Assembly: GCA_001915025.1 (NCBI GenBank)
Contig: MNDR01000083.1
Coordinates: 151-64,150, forward strand
Length of the DNA: 64,000 nt
Source of the DNA: Gemmatimonadetes bacterium 13_2_20CM_2_65_7
GTDB lineage: Bacteria > Gemmatimonadota > Gemmatimonadetes > Gemmatimonadales > GWC2-71-9
Reading direction: 5' to 3'
The notes beneath the pieces are model-generated. The model made no database searches and was not told where the DNA came from. It saw nothing but the letters and a program-made list of their open reading frames with translations. Made by a program: the position numbers and the translations under genes. Below are positions 1 to 8,910 of the stretch, in pieces. Position 1 is the stretch's first letter, and every line of letters starts with the position of its first letter.

Positions 1-1
1 T

Positions 2-1384
2 CCGCTCGCTGCCCAGGTCGATCGCACCAAGCCCCCCGCACTCGGGCCCGCGCCGGCGATGCACCTGCCCGCCATGCACACCGTCACGCTGCGTAATGGG
101 CTGACGCTTGCGGTGGTCGAGATGCACAAGGTGCCGGTGGTCGAGGTGCAGGTTCTGGTGGACGCCGGCACCGCACGCGATCCGGCGGACGTCCCCGGCC
201 TCGCCGCCTTCGCGGCCAACATGTTGACGCAAGGCGCCGGCACGCGCGGCGCCCTCGCGCTCGCCGACGAAGTCGCCTACCTCGGCGCTCAGCTCACCGC
301 CGTGAGCGACTTCGACGCCGTCACGGTGCGACTGCACGTGCCGAGTAGACATCTCGAGGCGGCGCTCGACCTGCTTGCCGACGTGCTGCTGCGGCCGCAG
401 TTCGCCGATTCCGAGATCACGCGGCAGCGCGGCCTCCTCGCCACGACGATTCTGCAGCAGCGGGATCAACCGGTCGCGATGGCGAGCATCGCGTTTCCGG
501 CGATCGTGCTCGGACCCGGACACCCGTATGGACACCCGACGGCCGGCAACGACTCGACGCCGCCCAAGCTGACGCACGACCGCGTGATTTCTTTCTATGA
601 GACGTCCTATCGGCCCAATGCCACCAAGATTCTCGTGGTCGGGGACATCACGCTCGCGCAGGCACAGCGCCTGTTCACCGCTCGCCTCGGCGGGTGGCCG
701 CGAGGTGCCGTAACGCCGTTCCCGCAGGGCAACGCCCAGGCGCCTGCGTCGCGATCGTTCTATCTCATCGACAAACCGGGCGCCGCTCAATCCGTAATCC
801 GGATCGGTGAGCCTGGGGTTGCCCGGAGCACGCCGGACTACGCCACGATTCAAGTTCTGAACACGATCCTCGGCGGCGCGTTCACCAGCCGGCTCAACCA
901 GAATCTGCGCGAAACGCACGGCTACACCTACGGCGCTTCGAGCGGCTTCGCCGCGCGCCGGCTGCCCGGCTACTTCGTCGCGGCCGCATCCGTCGTGACC
1001 GCCAAGACCGACAGCTCACTCATCGAGTTCATGAAAGAGTTGCGGCGCATCCGCGATGACTCGGTGCCGCAGGCCGAGTTGGACAAGGCGAAGCAATACA
1101 TCACGCTGCAGCTGCCGGGTGCGTTCGAGACCACGGGAGGAGCCGCAGCCCGTTTTCGCGACGTGTTGGTCTATAACCTGCCGCTCAACTGGTACGAACG
1201 CTTCGGTCCCGCGGTGAACGCCGTGACCGCGGCGCAGGTGCAGCGCGCGGCCCGGCGCTACATCGACCCCGATCATTTCGCGATCGTCGTGGTGGGCGAT
1301 CGAGCGCAGATCGAGGCCGGGATCAAAGCGCTGAACGAAGGGCCGATCGTGTATCGCACGATGTGGGGTCAACCAGCGCAGTGA
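2..1384 (+). CDS. M16 family (pitrilysin/insulinase-like) peptidase subunit, probably the non-catalytic partner; 5' end lies outside the window
   Basis: Frame is open from base 2 (PLAAQVDRTKPP...). M16 motifs TLRNGL, ILGGAFTSRLNQNLRETHGYTYG (R/Y pair) and IVVVGD. The HxxEH zinc motif is replaced by GLAAFAANML. Confidence 0.88.
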   Translation, partial: PLAAQVDRTKPPALGPAPAMHLPAMHTVTLRNGLTLAVVEMHKVPVVEVQVLVDAGTARDPADVPGLAAFAANMLTQGAGTRGALALADEVAYLGAQLTAVSDFDAVTVRLHVPSRHLEAALDLLADVLLRPQFADSEITRQRGLLATTILQQRDQPVAMASIAFPAIVLGPGHPYGHPTAGNDSTPPKLTHDRVISFYETSYRPNATKILVVGDITLAQAQRLFTARLGGWPRGAVTPFPQGNAQAPASRSFYLIDKPGAAQSVIRIGEPGVARSTPDYATIQVLNTILGGAFTSRLNQNLRETHGYTYGASSGFAARRLPGYFVAAASVVTAKTDSSLIEFMKELRRIRDDSVPQAELDKAKQYITLQLPGAFETTGGAAARFRDVLVYNLPLNWYERFGPAVNAVTAAQVQRAARRYIDPDHFAIVVVGDRAQIEAGIKALNEGPIVYRTMWGQPAQ

Positions 1385-2052
1385 AGGGGCCCCAGTATTC
1401 CGACCCCGCGGATGGCATTCAGCTGCTGCGCGCCGCGGCGTGGTTCGGCCCCGCGTGTTACGGCATGCTGTCGCTGTTGTGGTACTTCATGTTCGACAAA
1501 GGCTGGATTTCGGGCGGGGTCTTCGCCCTCCTCCTCGTGCTCAACTTGCCGCTTACCGTCCTCGGGATATTTGTCATTCACCGCGCCGTCGGCAGTGCGG
1601 CGGTTGGCTTGGTTCACACCATTTTTGCCGTCGGCGACATGCCGCTGGAGCCGACGTATCCGCGCCAGGACGTGCTGATTGCGCGCGGCCAGTACGCGGA
1701 GGCGGCGGACTGGTTTCGCGACCACATCCGAATCGAGCCGGGCGATCATGATGCGCGGCTGCGGCTGGCGCAGCTCCTGGAGAGCCACCTGCACGGTTAC
1801 GACGAGGCGGAGCGGTTGTATCTCGAAATTCGGAAGGCAGAGCCGCCGGCCGATCGGCGGCAACAGATGCGCGCGGCAAATGGCTTGATCGACGTGTATC
1901 GCAAGACGGGGCGCAAGGACCGACTCAAGGTGGAGCTGGCACGGTTCGTCGATCGCTACGGCGGGACGCCGTTCGCGGACGGAGCGGCGCGCGAGCTGAA
2001 GGAGCTCAAGGAAGCGGATCTCACCAGCGAATCGCGGCACTCCCCCAGGTAA
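1381..2052 (+). CDS. Membrane protein with C-terminal TPR-like helical domain
   Basis: GTG at 1381 overlaps the upstream TGA. Two N-terminal hydrophobic segments, then a TPR-like pattern (GQYAEAADWF...EPGDHDARLRLAQLL). Confidence 0.65.
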   Translation: MKGPQYSDPADGIQLLRAAAWFGPACYGMLSLLWYFMFDKGWISGGVFALLLVLNLPLTVLGIFVIHRAVGSAAVGLVHTIFAVGDMPLEPTYPRQDVLIARGQYAEAADWFRDHIRIEPGDHDARLRLAQLLESHLHGYDEAERLYLEIRKAEPPADRRQQMRAANGLIDVYRKTGRKDRLKVELARFVDRYGGTPFADGAARELKELKEADLTSESRHSPR

Positions 2053-3016
2053 ATCCGGACCCGAACGCCGTCAGCACCAGCAAGTCGCCTTGTTTCAATC
2101 GTCCCTCGGCGAGCGCCTCGTCGAGGGCGATGGGAATCGATGCCGCGGTCGTGTTCCCGTACTTCTGGATGTTGGTGTAGACCTGATCCTCGCGCAGGCC
2201 CGTTGCCTTCTGGACCATCTCGATGATTCGCAGGTTGGCTTGGTGGGGAACGAGGAGCTTGATGTCGGCGGGAGTGAGACGGTTGGCTTTGAGCGCGATG
2301 GCGACGGACTCAGGCATCTTGACGGACGCAAACTTGAAGACGTCGCGTCCTTCCATCACCGCCCGGTGCAGCCCCTGTTCCAGCATCTCGACACTCACAT
2401 AGGGATCGTGCGCCAGGCCGGGGCCGTCGACCCACAGCTTTTCGGCGTAGCGCCCGTCGGCGAAAATGTGCGTCGAGAGCACGCCGCGACCGTCATCGTC
2501 GATGGGCGCGAGCACTGCGGCGCCGGCGCCGTCGCCGAACAGCACCGCCGTGTCGCGACCGCGCGACGTCTTGTCCAGCCCGCGCGAATGCACCTCGGCG
2601 CCCACCAGGAGAATGCGCTTGTACTGGCCGGTGCGAATCCACGCGTCCGCGATCGACAGGCCGTAGATGAATCCACTGCACTGATTGCGCACATCGACCG
2701 CCGGAATGTCGCTTAGGCCGAGCTCGCGCTGGAGAAAGACGCCGTTACCGGGCTCGAAGTGATCGGGGGTGCAGGTGCAATAGATGATGCAGTCGAGGTC
2801 GGCCGCTTTGAGACCCGCTTTGTCGAGCGCTTTGCGGGACGCCTCGCGTGCCAAGCCGACGCCGGTGTCACCGCGGTCAACCCAATACCGCGTCTTGATG
2901 CCGCTGCGCTGCACGATCCATTCGTCCGACGTGTCCATCATCTGCGCGAGATCATCATTGGTGACCACACGCGCGGGGACGTGAAAACCGGTCGCGAGGA
3001 ATTGTGTGTGCGGCAT
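2021..3016 (-). CDS. fabH: Beta-ketoacyl-ACP synthase III
   Basis: DTSDEWIVQRSGI, catalytic Cys in QCSGF, LFGDGAGA, PHQANLRII, YGNTTAASIP and FGSGFTWG. Confidence 0.95.
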   Translation of the reverse strand: MPHTQFLATGFHVPARVVTNDDLAQMMDTSDEWIVQRSGIKTRYWVDRGDTGVGLAREASRKALDKAGLKAADLDCIIYCTCTPDHFEPGNGVFLQRELGLSDIPAVDVRNQCSGFIYGLSIADAWIRTGQYKRILLVGAEVHSRGLDKTSRGRDTAVLFGDGAGAAVLAPIDDDGRGVLSTHIFADGRYAEKLWVDGPGLAHDPYVSVEMLEQGLHRAVMEGRDVFKFASVKMPESVAIALKANRLTPADIKLLVPHQANLRIIEMVQKATGLREDQVYTNIQKYGNTTAASIPIALDEALAEGRLKQGDLLVLTAFGSGFTWGSAAIRW

Positions 3017-3062
3017 CGATGCTCTGGGTTGCGGGTGAGAGTGAAGGTACCAAGATTAGCGC

Positions 3063-3320
3063 ATGGACCTCACGGTGACCAGACAACAGTACGACGCCGT
3101 CCGCAACGCCAAACATCTCCCCGACGTGCTCGAGAAAGCGCTCGACAAGGCGAACAAACACGCCAATGGCTACGTGCTGCACCTCACGTATGAAGAAGCC
3201 ACGGCGCTGAACGAGCTGTCGTCCTGGAACGTGCACACCGACGCGAATGGTAATGTCACTCCGGAATCGAAGCTCTTCGACGATCTCGTCCGTGCCATCA
3301 TCACGCACCCGGAGTATTGA
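3063..3320 (+). CDS. Hypothetical protein (85 aa)
   Basis: Protein-like composition. Fills the gap upstream of the S9 peptidase and its stop abuts the next ATG. Confidence 0.7.
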   Translation: MDLTVTRQQYDAVRNAKHLPDVLEKALDKANKHANGYVLHLTYEEATALNELSSWNVHTDANGNVTPESKLFDDLVRAIITHPEY

Positions 3321-5327
3321 ATGCGCTTAGGGATCCTGCTCTTACTGTTGTCAGCTCCGCTCCTCGCTCAGAAACGCGCGATCACGTTCGACGACTACAT
3401 CGCCCTGAAAGCGGTGAGCGACGCGCAGCTGTCACCGGACGGCAAATGGGTCGCGTACACCGTGTCGACTCCCTCGCTGCAGGACAATCGCAACGTGGCG
3501 CGCGTATGGGTCGCGGAAGTGGCGACGGGGAAATCGCGACAGCTCACTGGGGGTCCGGGATCGGATCGCCAGCCGCGCTGGTCGCCGGATGGGAAGACGC
3601 TCGCCTTCATCTCGACGCGCGAGGGAGGCGCGCAGGTCTGGTTGCTGCCGGTCGCCGGCGGTGACGCGCGGAAGGTCTCGAGTCTTGCCGAGGGCGCATC
3701 GGATCCGTTGTGGATGCCGGAGGGGAAGGGGCTGCTGGTCACGAGCGACATCAAGTGGCCGCCGTCGCAGGAGATCGATCAGCGGAACGGGCAGTATCCG
3801 ACCGACGCGCGACTGTGGACGAACCTCATGTGGCGCCATTGGGACGATTGGCGCGCGGGGAAGCGCCAGCATGTTTTCCTGGTGGACGTCGCGACCGGCA
3901 AGGCGACGGATCTGACGCCGATGGATCACGACGTCCCGACGATTGCAACGGGTGGCGACGGCGACGTTGCGGTCTCACCTGATGGACGCACGGTGGCATT
4001 CGCGATGCACGGTGACTCGGTCGTCGCGGACAATACGAATGTGGACATCTACCTGATGGGTAGCGACGGCTCAAACATCCAACGGCTCACGACCAATCCA
4101 GGCGCCGCTAACACCCCACGCTTCTCGCCCGACGGGAAGCTCTTCTCGTATCTCTCGATGGAGCGCGCGGGATTCGAAGCTGACCGGCAGCGATTGATGT
4201 TGCTGCGACGGACGGACGGAAGGACGGAAAGTGGGAACGCGATCGAAGCGACGACGGGATGGAATCTCTCCGTTGGCTCGTACTCCTGGTGTCCGAATGC
4301 AAAGTGTGTCTACGCGGTCGTGGAGGACCGCGGCCGCGACAATATCTATCGTATCGAGATTCCGTCGTTCCGGCGTTCCGTCGTTGTCTCGGGAGGCGTG
4401 AACACCGGAGTTCAGGTCGGGCCCGACAGCCGCACGCTCGTCTATCTCCATCAGAGCAACACCCAGCCGCCTGAGGCCTGGGTTTCGGGGAAAGCGCTTT
4501 CACACCAAACCGATTCGGCCGTCGCCACACTCGATCTGCCGCCGCTCGAGGCGTTCGGTTTCATCGGCGCGCTGGGCGACTCGGTATTCGGATGGATGCA
4601 AAAGCCGCCCGCGTTCGATGCCACCAAGAAGTATCCGCTCATCTACCTGATCCACGGCGGACCCCAAGGAGCCTGGACAGACTACTGGGGTGGCCGCTGG
4701 AACTATCAGCTCTTTGCCGCGCGCGGGTTCGTCGTGGCGGCCGTGAATTTTCACGGCTCAACCGGTTATGGACAGAAGTTCACCGACGCGATCTCGAAGC
4801 ATTGGGGCGACTACCCGTTTGAAGACCTGATGAAAGGGTTGGACGTCGTCGCACGGTTGCCCTATGTGGACTCGACGCGGATAGGCGCGGCGGGGGCATC
4901 TTATGGCGGCTACATGGTCTACTGGATGGCGGGCAATACGAACCGGTTCAAGGTGCTGGTAGATCACGATGGCGTCTTCAATCCCGCGAGCATGGCCGGA
5001 TCGACAGAAGAATTGTGGTTCACCGATTGGGAATTCGGCGGACCGCTCTATGCCAATCGCGCGCTGTACGAGCAGTGGTCGCCGCTGAACTTCGTGAGCA
5101 ACTGGAAAACACCGATCCTGATCGTTCATTCCCAGCTCGACTACCGCGTCGATTTGTCCGAGGGCTACCAGGCCTTCACGGCGGCGAAACGGATGGGACT
5201 CGACGCGAAGTTCCTGTACTTCCCCGACGAAGGACACTGGGTGCTGCGGCCGCGGAATCGCCGCATCTGGTGGGGCACGGTCCTCGACTGGCTGGAGGTG
5301 CACCTGCATGAAAGCGCTCACCCGTAA
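3321..5327 (+). CDS. S9 family peptidase (prolyl oligopeptidase/acylaminoacyl peptidase type), exported
   Basis: Signal peptide, PD40-like SPDG repeats, IHGGPQ, nucleophile motif GASYGG, D in QLDYRV and H in FPDEGHW. Confidence 0.93.
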   Translation: MRLGILLLLLSAPLLAQKRAITFDDYIALKAVSDAQLSPDGKWVAYTVSTPSLQDNRNVARVWVAEVATGKSRQLTGGPGSDRQPRWSPDGKTLAFISTREGGAQVWLLPVAGGDARKVSSLAEGASDPLWMPEGKGLLVTSDIKWPPSQEIDQRNGQYPTDARLWTNLMWRHWDDWRAGKRQHVFLVDVATGKATDLTPMDHDVPTIATGGDGDVAVSPDGRTVAFAMHGDSVVADNTNVDIYLMGSDGSNIQRLTTNPGAANTPRFSPDGKLFSYLSMERAGFEADRQRLMLLRRTDGRTESGNAIEATTGWNLSVGSYSWCPNAKCVYAVVEDRGRDNIYRIEIPSFRRSVVVSGGVNTGVQVGPDSRTLVYLHQSNTQPPEAWVSGKALSHQTDSAVATLDLPPLEAFGFIGALGDSVFGWMQKPPAFDATKKYPLIYLIHGGPQGAWTDYWGGRWNYQLFAARGFVVAAVNFHGSTGYGQKFTDAISKHWGDYPFEDLMKGLDVVARLPYVDSTRIGAAGASYGGYMVYWMAGNTNRFKVLVDHDGVFNPASMAGSTEELWFTDWEFGGPLYANRALYEQWSPLNFVSNWKTPILIVHSQLDYRVDLSEGYQAFTAAKRMGLDAKFLYFPDEGHWVLRPRNRRIWWGTVLDWLEVHLHESAHP

Positions 5328-5727
5328 CACGCTGCTGGCCGTCCCGCTGGCGCTGCTGATCATGACGGTGCTGCCGCGGCAAAGCTCGTTTGGTTGGGAC
5401 TATCTGGACGCGTTCACGCTGGCGTTCAGCTTCACCTATATCGGCCACTGGGTCGAAGTACTGCTGCTGAAAATCCCGGGAATTGAGACTGGTAGTGGCA
5501 AGGTTGTCCGTGTCCTGGGTTGGTTTGCAGGCGGATTGTGGTGCTACGTGCTCGCGCGCTGGGCGCTCGTCGCCTATGGGCGTGATACGCGCCAATTGCC
5601 CGCCTTGATCTGGGGCGGACTGTTTTTTGTGGCCCTGGAGGTTGTCGTGCACGGCCTCCTGCAAGCGTCCGGGAAGCCGAACTTCTACAGCGGCCAGCTG
5701 CGCGATTCGACTACGGTCGCGCGCTAG
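5308..5727 (+). CDS. Hypothetical integral membrane protein (about 4 TM)
   Basis: Four hydrophobic segments; overlaps the S9 peptidase stop. Confidence 0.7.
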   Translation: MKALTRNTLLAVPLALLIMTVLPRQSSFGWDYLDAFTLAFSFTYIGHWVEVLLLKIPGIETGSGKVVRVLGWFAGGLWCYVLARWALVAYGRDTRQLPALIWGGLFFVALEVVVHGLLQASGKPNFYSGQLRDSTTVAR

Positions 5728-7681
5728 TCGACTGAGGCTTTGACCACGCGTTGTTCTGCCGGCGCACGTCCGGGAAATTCCTGTTCGGATCGATCTCCAC
5801 CTTCACGAGCTCCTTCGGAAACTGACGCACGTAGGCGAAGTGGTTGCCCTCGAACCACATCTCGACGGGCAGTCGGACATTGTCGGGCGTCCCGTCGGCG
5901 AACGTGAGGCGCAGGTCGACGGGCATCGGTAACCCGCCGAGGTTGGACAGAAAGATTTCCGTGAACGTGTTGCCGGATGAGTCCCTCGCGGTGCGGACCG
6001 AGTCCACCGCCTGGTCGACGACATCGGTGCGATAGAACCAGCCGCGCCAGAACCATGACAGATCTTCTCCGACGCCATCCTCCATCGACCGGAAGAAATC
6101 CGCCGGCGTGGGATGCTTGAACGCCCAGCGGCGGATGTATTCCCGGAACGCGCTGTCGAACCGGGTCGTGTCGCCGAGGATCGAGTGACGCAGCACGAAC
6201 AGGCCGACCGCGGGCTTGCTGTACGCGGCGGCGCCGAGGAGGAAGCCCGGCACGCGGTCGGCGGGCATGATGGAGGGAGCCTCGTCGCGCCCGCTCCCCG
6301 CGAAACCAGCCCAGTTGTCGATGCCGCTAGCGCCCGGGCCGGTGGTGTCGTGATAGAAGGCGCGGGCAGAGTACGTGTTCATGAACGTGTTAAACCCCTC
6401 GTCCATCCACGCGTACAGCCGCTCGTTGCTGCCGACGATCATCGGGAACCATTGGTGCCCGAGCTCGTGCGTGGTCACGCCGAAGAGCCCTCGCGTACTG
6501 CGGCGGCTGGCGCAGAACACGATCATCGGGTACTCCATGCCGGCGACCGGTCCGTTGACGTTGATCGCCGTCGGATACGGATACGGGAACCACTTCTCCG
6601 AATAGTGCTTGATCGAGTGGCGCACGATCCTCGTGGACTCGCGCCACACCGAATCGGCGGCCGGCGGATAGAACGACTGCAGCAGGATGCCGTTCCAGCC
6701 GCTCGCGTCCCAGATGAAGGTGGGCGCGGCAGCCCAGGCCACGTCGCGCACGTTGTTCGCCGAAAAGCGCCAGGTGAGCGTCGCGCCCGTTCCCGCCGGT
6801 CGGGTCGACGCCTGTCCGACTTCGCTCTTGGCGATGATGGCCACCGTCGAATCGGAGCGCAGCGCTCGCGCGAGCCGCTCGCGTTCGGTTGCCGTCAGCA
6901 CCTCGAGCGGATTCGTGAGCCGCCCGGTCCCGGCGACGATAAATCCCCGCGGGACCGTGATCGCGAAATCGATGTTACCGTACTCGAGGTAGAACTCGCC
7001 CTGGCCGAGGTACGGTTCCGTATTCCAGCCGCGCACGTCGTCGTAGACGGCGAAGCGCGGATACCATTGGGCGATCTCATACAACCACCCTTGTGCGAAC
7101 TGTTCGCGTCCCATGCGATCGGCGCCGTGCTCCGGCACCTGGAACGAGTAGCCGATCTCGAGCGACGTGACGCCTCCAGGCGCAAGCGCGCGGCCCAAAT
7201 CGACGCGCATCGTGGTGCCGTTCTCCGTCGTCCGCAATGACGCACCCCTGGCGGCCTGACGGCCTGACAGCCCGACGGCCCGCACGCCATCGATCAGGAA
7301 TCCACCGTGAAAGCCGCGCGCCGCAAAGCGCGCATCGGGCGGATTCAGCAGCGCGCCGCGGCTGTCGTCACGAAAGAGATTCTGATCGAGCTGCAGCCAG
7401 ACATAACGCAGCGTGTCGGGCGAGTGGTTGGTGTACCGAATAGTCTCGCGGCCCGCGATGGTATGCGTCGCCGTGTCGAGCGTGACTGCGATCGTGTAGT
7501 CGACTCGTTGCTGCCAGTAACGCGGGCCAGGCCGGCCCGATCCCTCCCTGAGCAGCGTCGGAGTCGGAAGCGCGAGACGCCGGAACGGCGACGTGTCGGT
7601 GCGCGCGGCGGGCAACTGCGGCGGCGCGGCGGGAGTTTGCACGGGTTGCAACGCCGCGAGCACGAGCGACAGAACGAGCAT
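5711..7681 (-). CDS. M1 family metallopeptidase, exported
   Basis: GMEYP and HELGH-x18-E (WMDEG) motifs. Start reset to the ATG at 7681 (MLVLSLVLAAL signal, AAGGA upstream). Confidence 0.92.
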   Translation of the reverse strand: MLVLSLVLAALQPVQTPAAPPQLPAARTDTSPFRRLALPTPTLLREGSGRPGPRYWQQRVDYTIAVTLDTATHTIAGRETIRYTNHSPDTLRYVWLQLDQNLFRDDSRGALLNPPDARFAARGFHGGFLIDGVRAVGLSGRQAARGASLRTTENGTTMRVDLGRALAPGGVTSLEIGYSFQVPEHGADRMGREQFAQGWLYEIAQWYPRFAVYDDVRGWNTEPYLGQGEFYLEYGNIDFAITVPRGFIVAGTGRLTNPLEVLTATERERLARALRSDSTVAIIAKSEVGQASTRPAGTGATLTWRFSANNVRDVAWAAAPTFIWDASGWNGILLQSFYPPAADSVWRESTRIVRHSIKHYSEKWFPYPYPTAINVNGPVAGMEYPMIVFCASRRSTRGLFGVTTHELGHQWFPMIVGSNERLYAWMDEGFNTFMNTYSARAFYHDTTGPGASGIDNWAGFAGSGRDEAPSIMPADRVPGFLLGAAAYSKPAVGLFVLRHSILGDTTRFDSAFREYIRRWAFKHPTPADFFRSMEDGVGEDLSWFWRGWFYRTDVVDQAVDSVRTARDSSGNTFTEIFLSNLGGLPMPVDLRLTFADGTPDNVRLPVEMWFEGNHFAYVRQFPKELVKVEIDPNRNFPDVRRQNNAWSKPQSTSARP

Positions 7682-7791
7682 GGCAGATCCTTGGGATAGG
7701 GAGCGCGGTGAACAGCAATGTACCCACGCTTCACTCGTCGGTGCCGCAGGGCGCGAGTGCGCGGGCGCGCGTAGATTCCCCGACCACGAAC

Positions 7792-8910
7792 ATGCACGCG
7801 CATCTTCGCATCCGTTTCGCGATCGCCATGGCGGGCGCGCTCGCTGCCTGTGAGCACACGGCACCGTTTCGTCCCGGAGCCTACGGTGCGTCGGGACCAC
7901 TCAACCCGGGCGTCGTCGCGCGCCTGACGTTCAATCTTGGCCAGGATCTGACGCCCGCGTGGGTGCCCGGCACCAACGCAATCGTCTATACGGCCGAGCG
8001 CATGGATCGGGCGGATCGCGATCGCTGTCTCGCGTTCATGCCGGGAACGGGCGGAGCGATCACGCGCTATGTCTGCGGGACGAGTACGCCCGACGAATCG
8101 TTGAATGTCTACGGCGAGACGGCCGTCTCCTCGGATGGCCACATCGCGTATGTGCGCGCCAGCAACACGCGGGCGCTCTTCCGCATCGGTCCGGACGCAC
8201 AGCAGCTCGACGTCGGTCCACTTGCGAACCCCACGGACGCGCGCGTGGTGCACATCGTGCCGCTCACGACGGCGTGGGGCCGCACGTACGACGCTGTTTC
8301 CTACCTCGGTTGGCTGAGCGCGCATCGCCTCGTCATGATCGGCGACAGCGTGCGCTATCCGCGCTCATGTGGGAGTTGCCCTGCGGACACGGTGCGGACG
8401 GGGATCGAGATTGTCACCGTCGATTTCGCGGACACAGGCCTGGGCACGCTGACGCTCGTCCCGGGAACCGATAGTGCCACGTCCGTCACTCCAGGAGCCA
8501 CGGGCGACACGATCTACTTCACCCGTGCCGGCGACTCCGGGATTCATCGCTATGCCTTCTCGACCGGTCAGGCCAGCGTCGCGTTCGATTTCGGCCCGGG
8601 GCGACTCGTTCGCGACGTCACCGTCGCGAGTGGACGGCTCGTAGCCATCGTCGATGGACGGGTCGCGGATGGCGGCGACCTTCACGTTGTCAATCTGGCA
8701 ACGACTGCCGATTCGATCGTCGCCCAACCCGCCTCCGGTGGTCCGCTATGGTTCGCACGACCGGCCTTGGCTCCCGACGGTCGTCAGGTCGTGGCGCAGG
8801 CGCGCGTCCTCACGATCACGCCGATCTTCGATCCGGCGACGGGCATCCTGCTTCGCGTCGACACCACCGCGGCGGGGGGTAACGACCTCTGGGCGGTACA
8901 GCTTCCGTGA
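7792..8910 (+). CDS. Lipoprotein with probable beta-propeller (TolB/PD40-like) repeats
   Basis: Lipobox ALAAC after a hydrophobic stretch. DLTPAW, VSSDG and PALAPDG repeats. GTGA coupling to the TonB-dependent receptor. Confidence 0.7.
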   Translation: MHAHLRIRFAIAMAGALAACEHTAPFRPGAYGASGPLNPGVVARLTFNLGQDLTPAWVPGTNAIVYTAERMDRADRDRCLAFMPGTGGAITRYVCGTSTPDESLNVYGETAVSSDGHIAYVRASNTRALFRIGPDAQQLDVGPLANPTDARVVHIVPLTTAWGRTYDAVSYLGWLSAHRLVMIGDSVRYPRSCGSCPADTVRTGIEIVTVDFADTGLGTLTLVPGTDSATSVTPGATGDTIYFTRAGDSGIHRYAFSTGQASVAFDFGPGRLVRDVTVASGRLVAIVDGRVADGGDLHVVNLATTADSIVAQPASGGPLWFARPALAPDGRQVVAQARVLTITPIFDPATGILLRVDTTAAGGNDLWAVQLP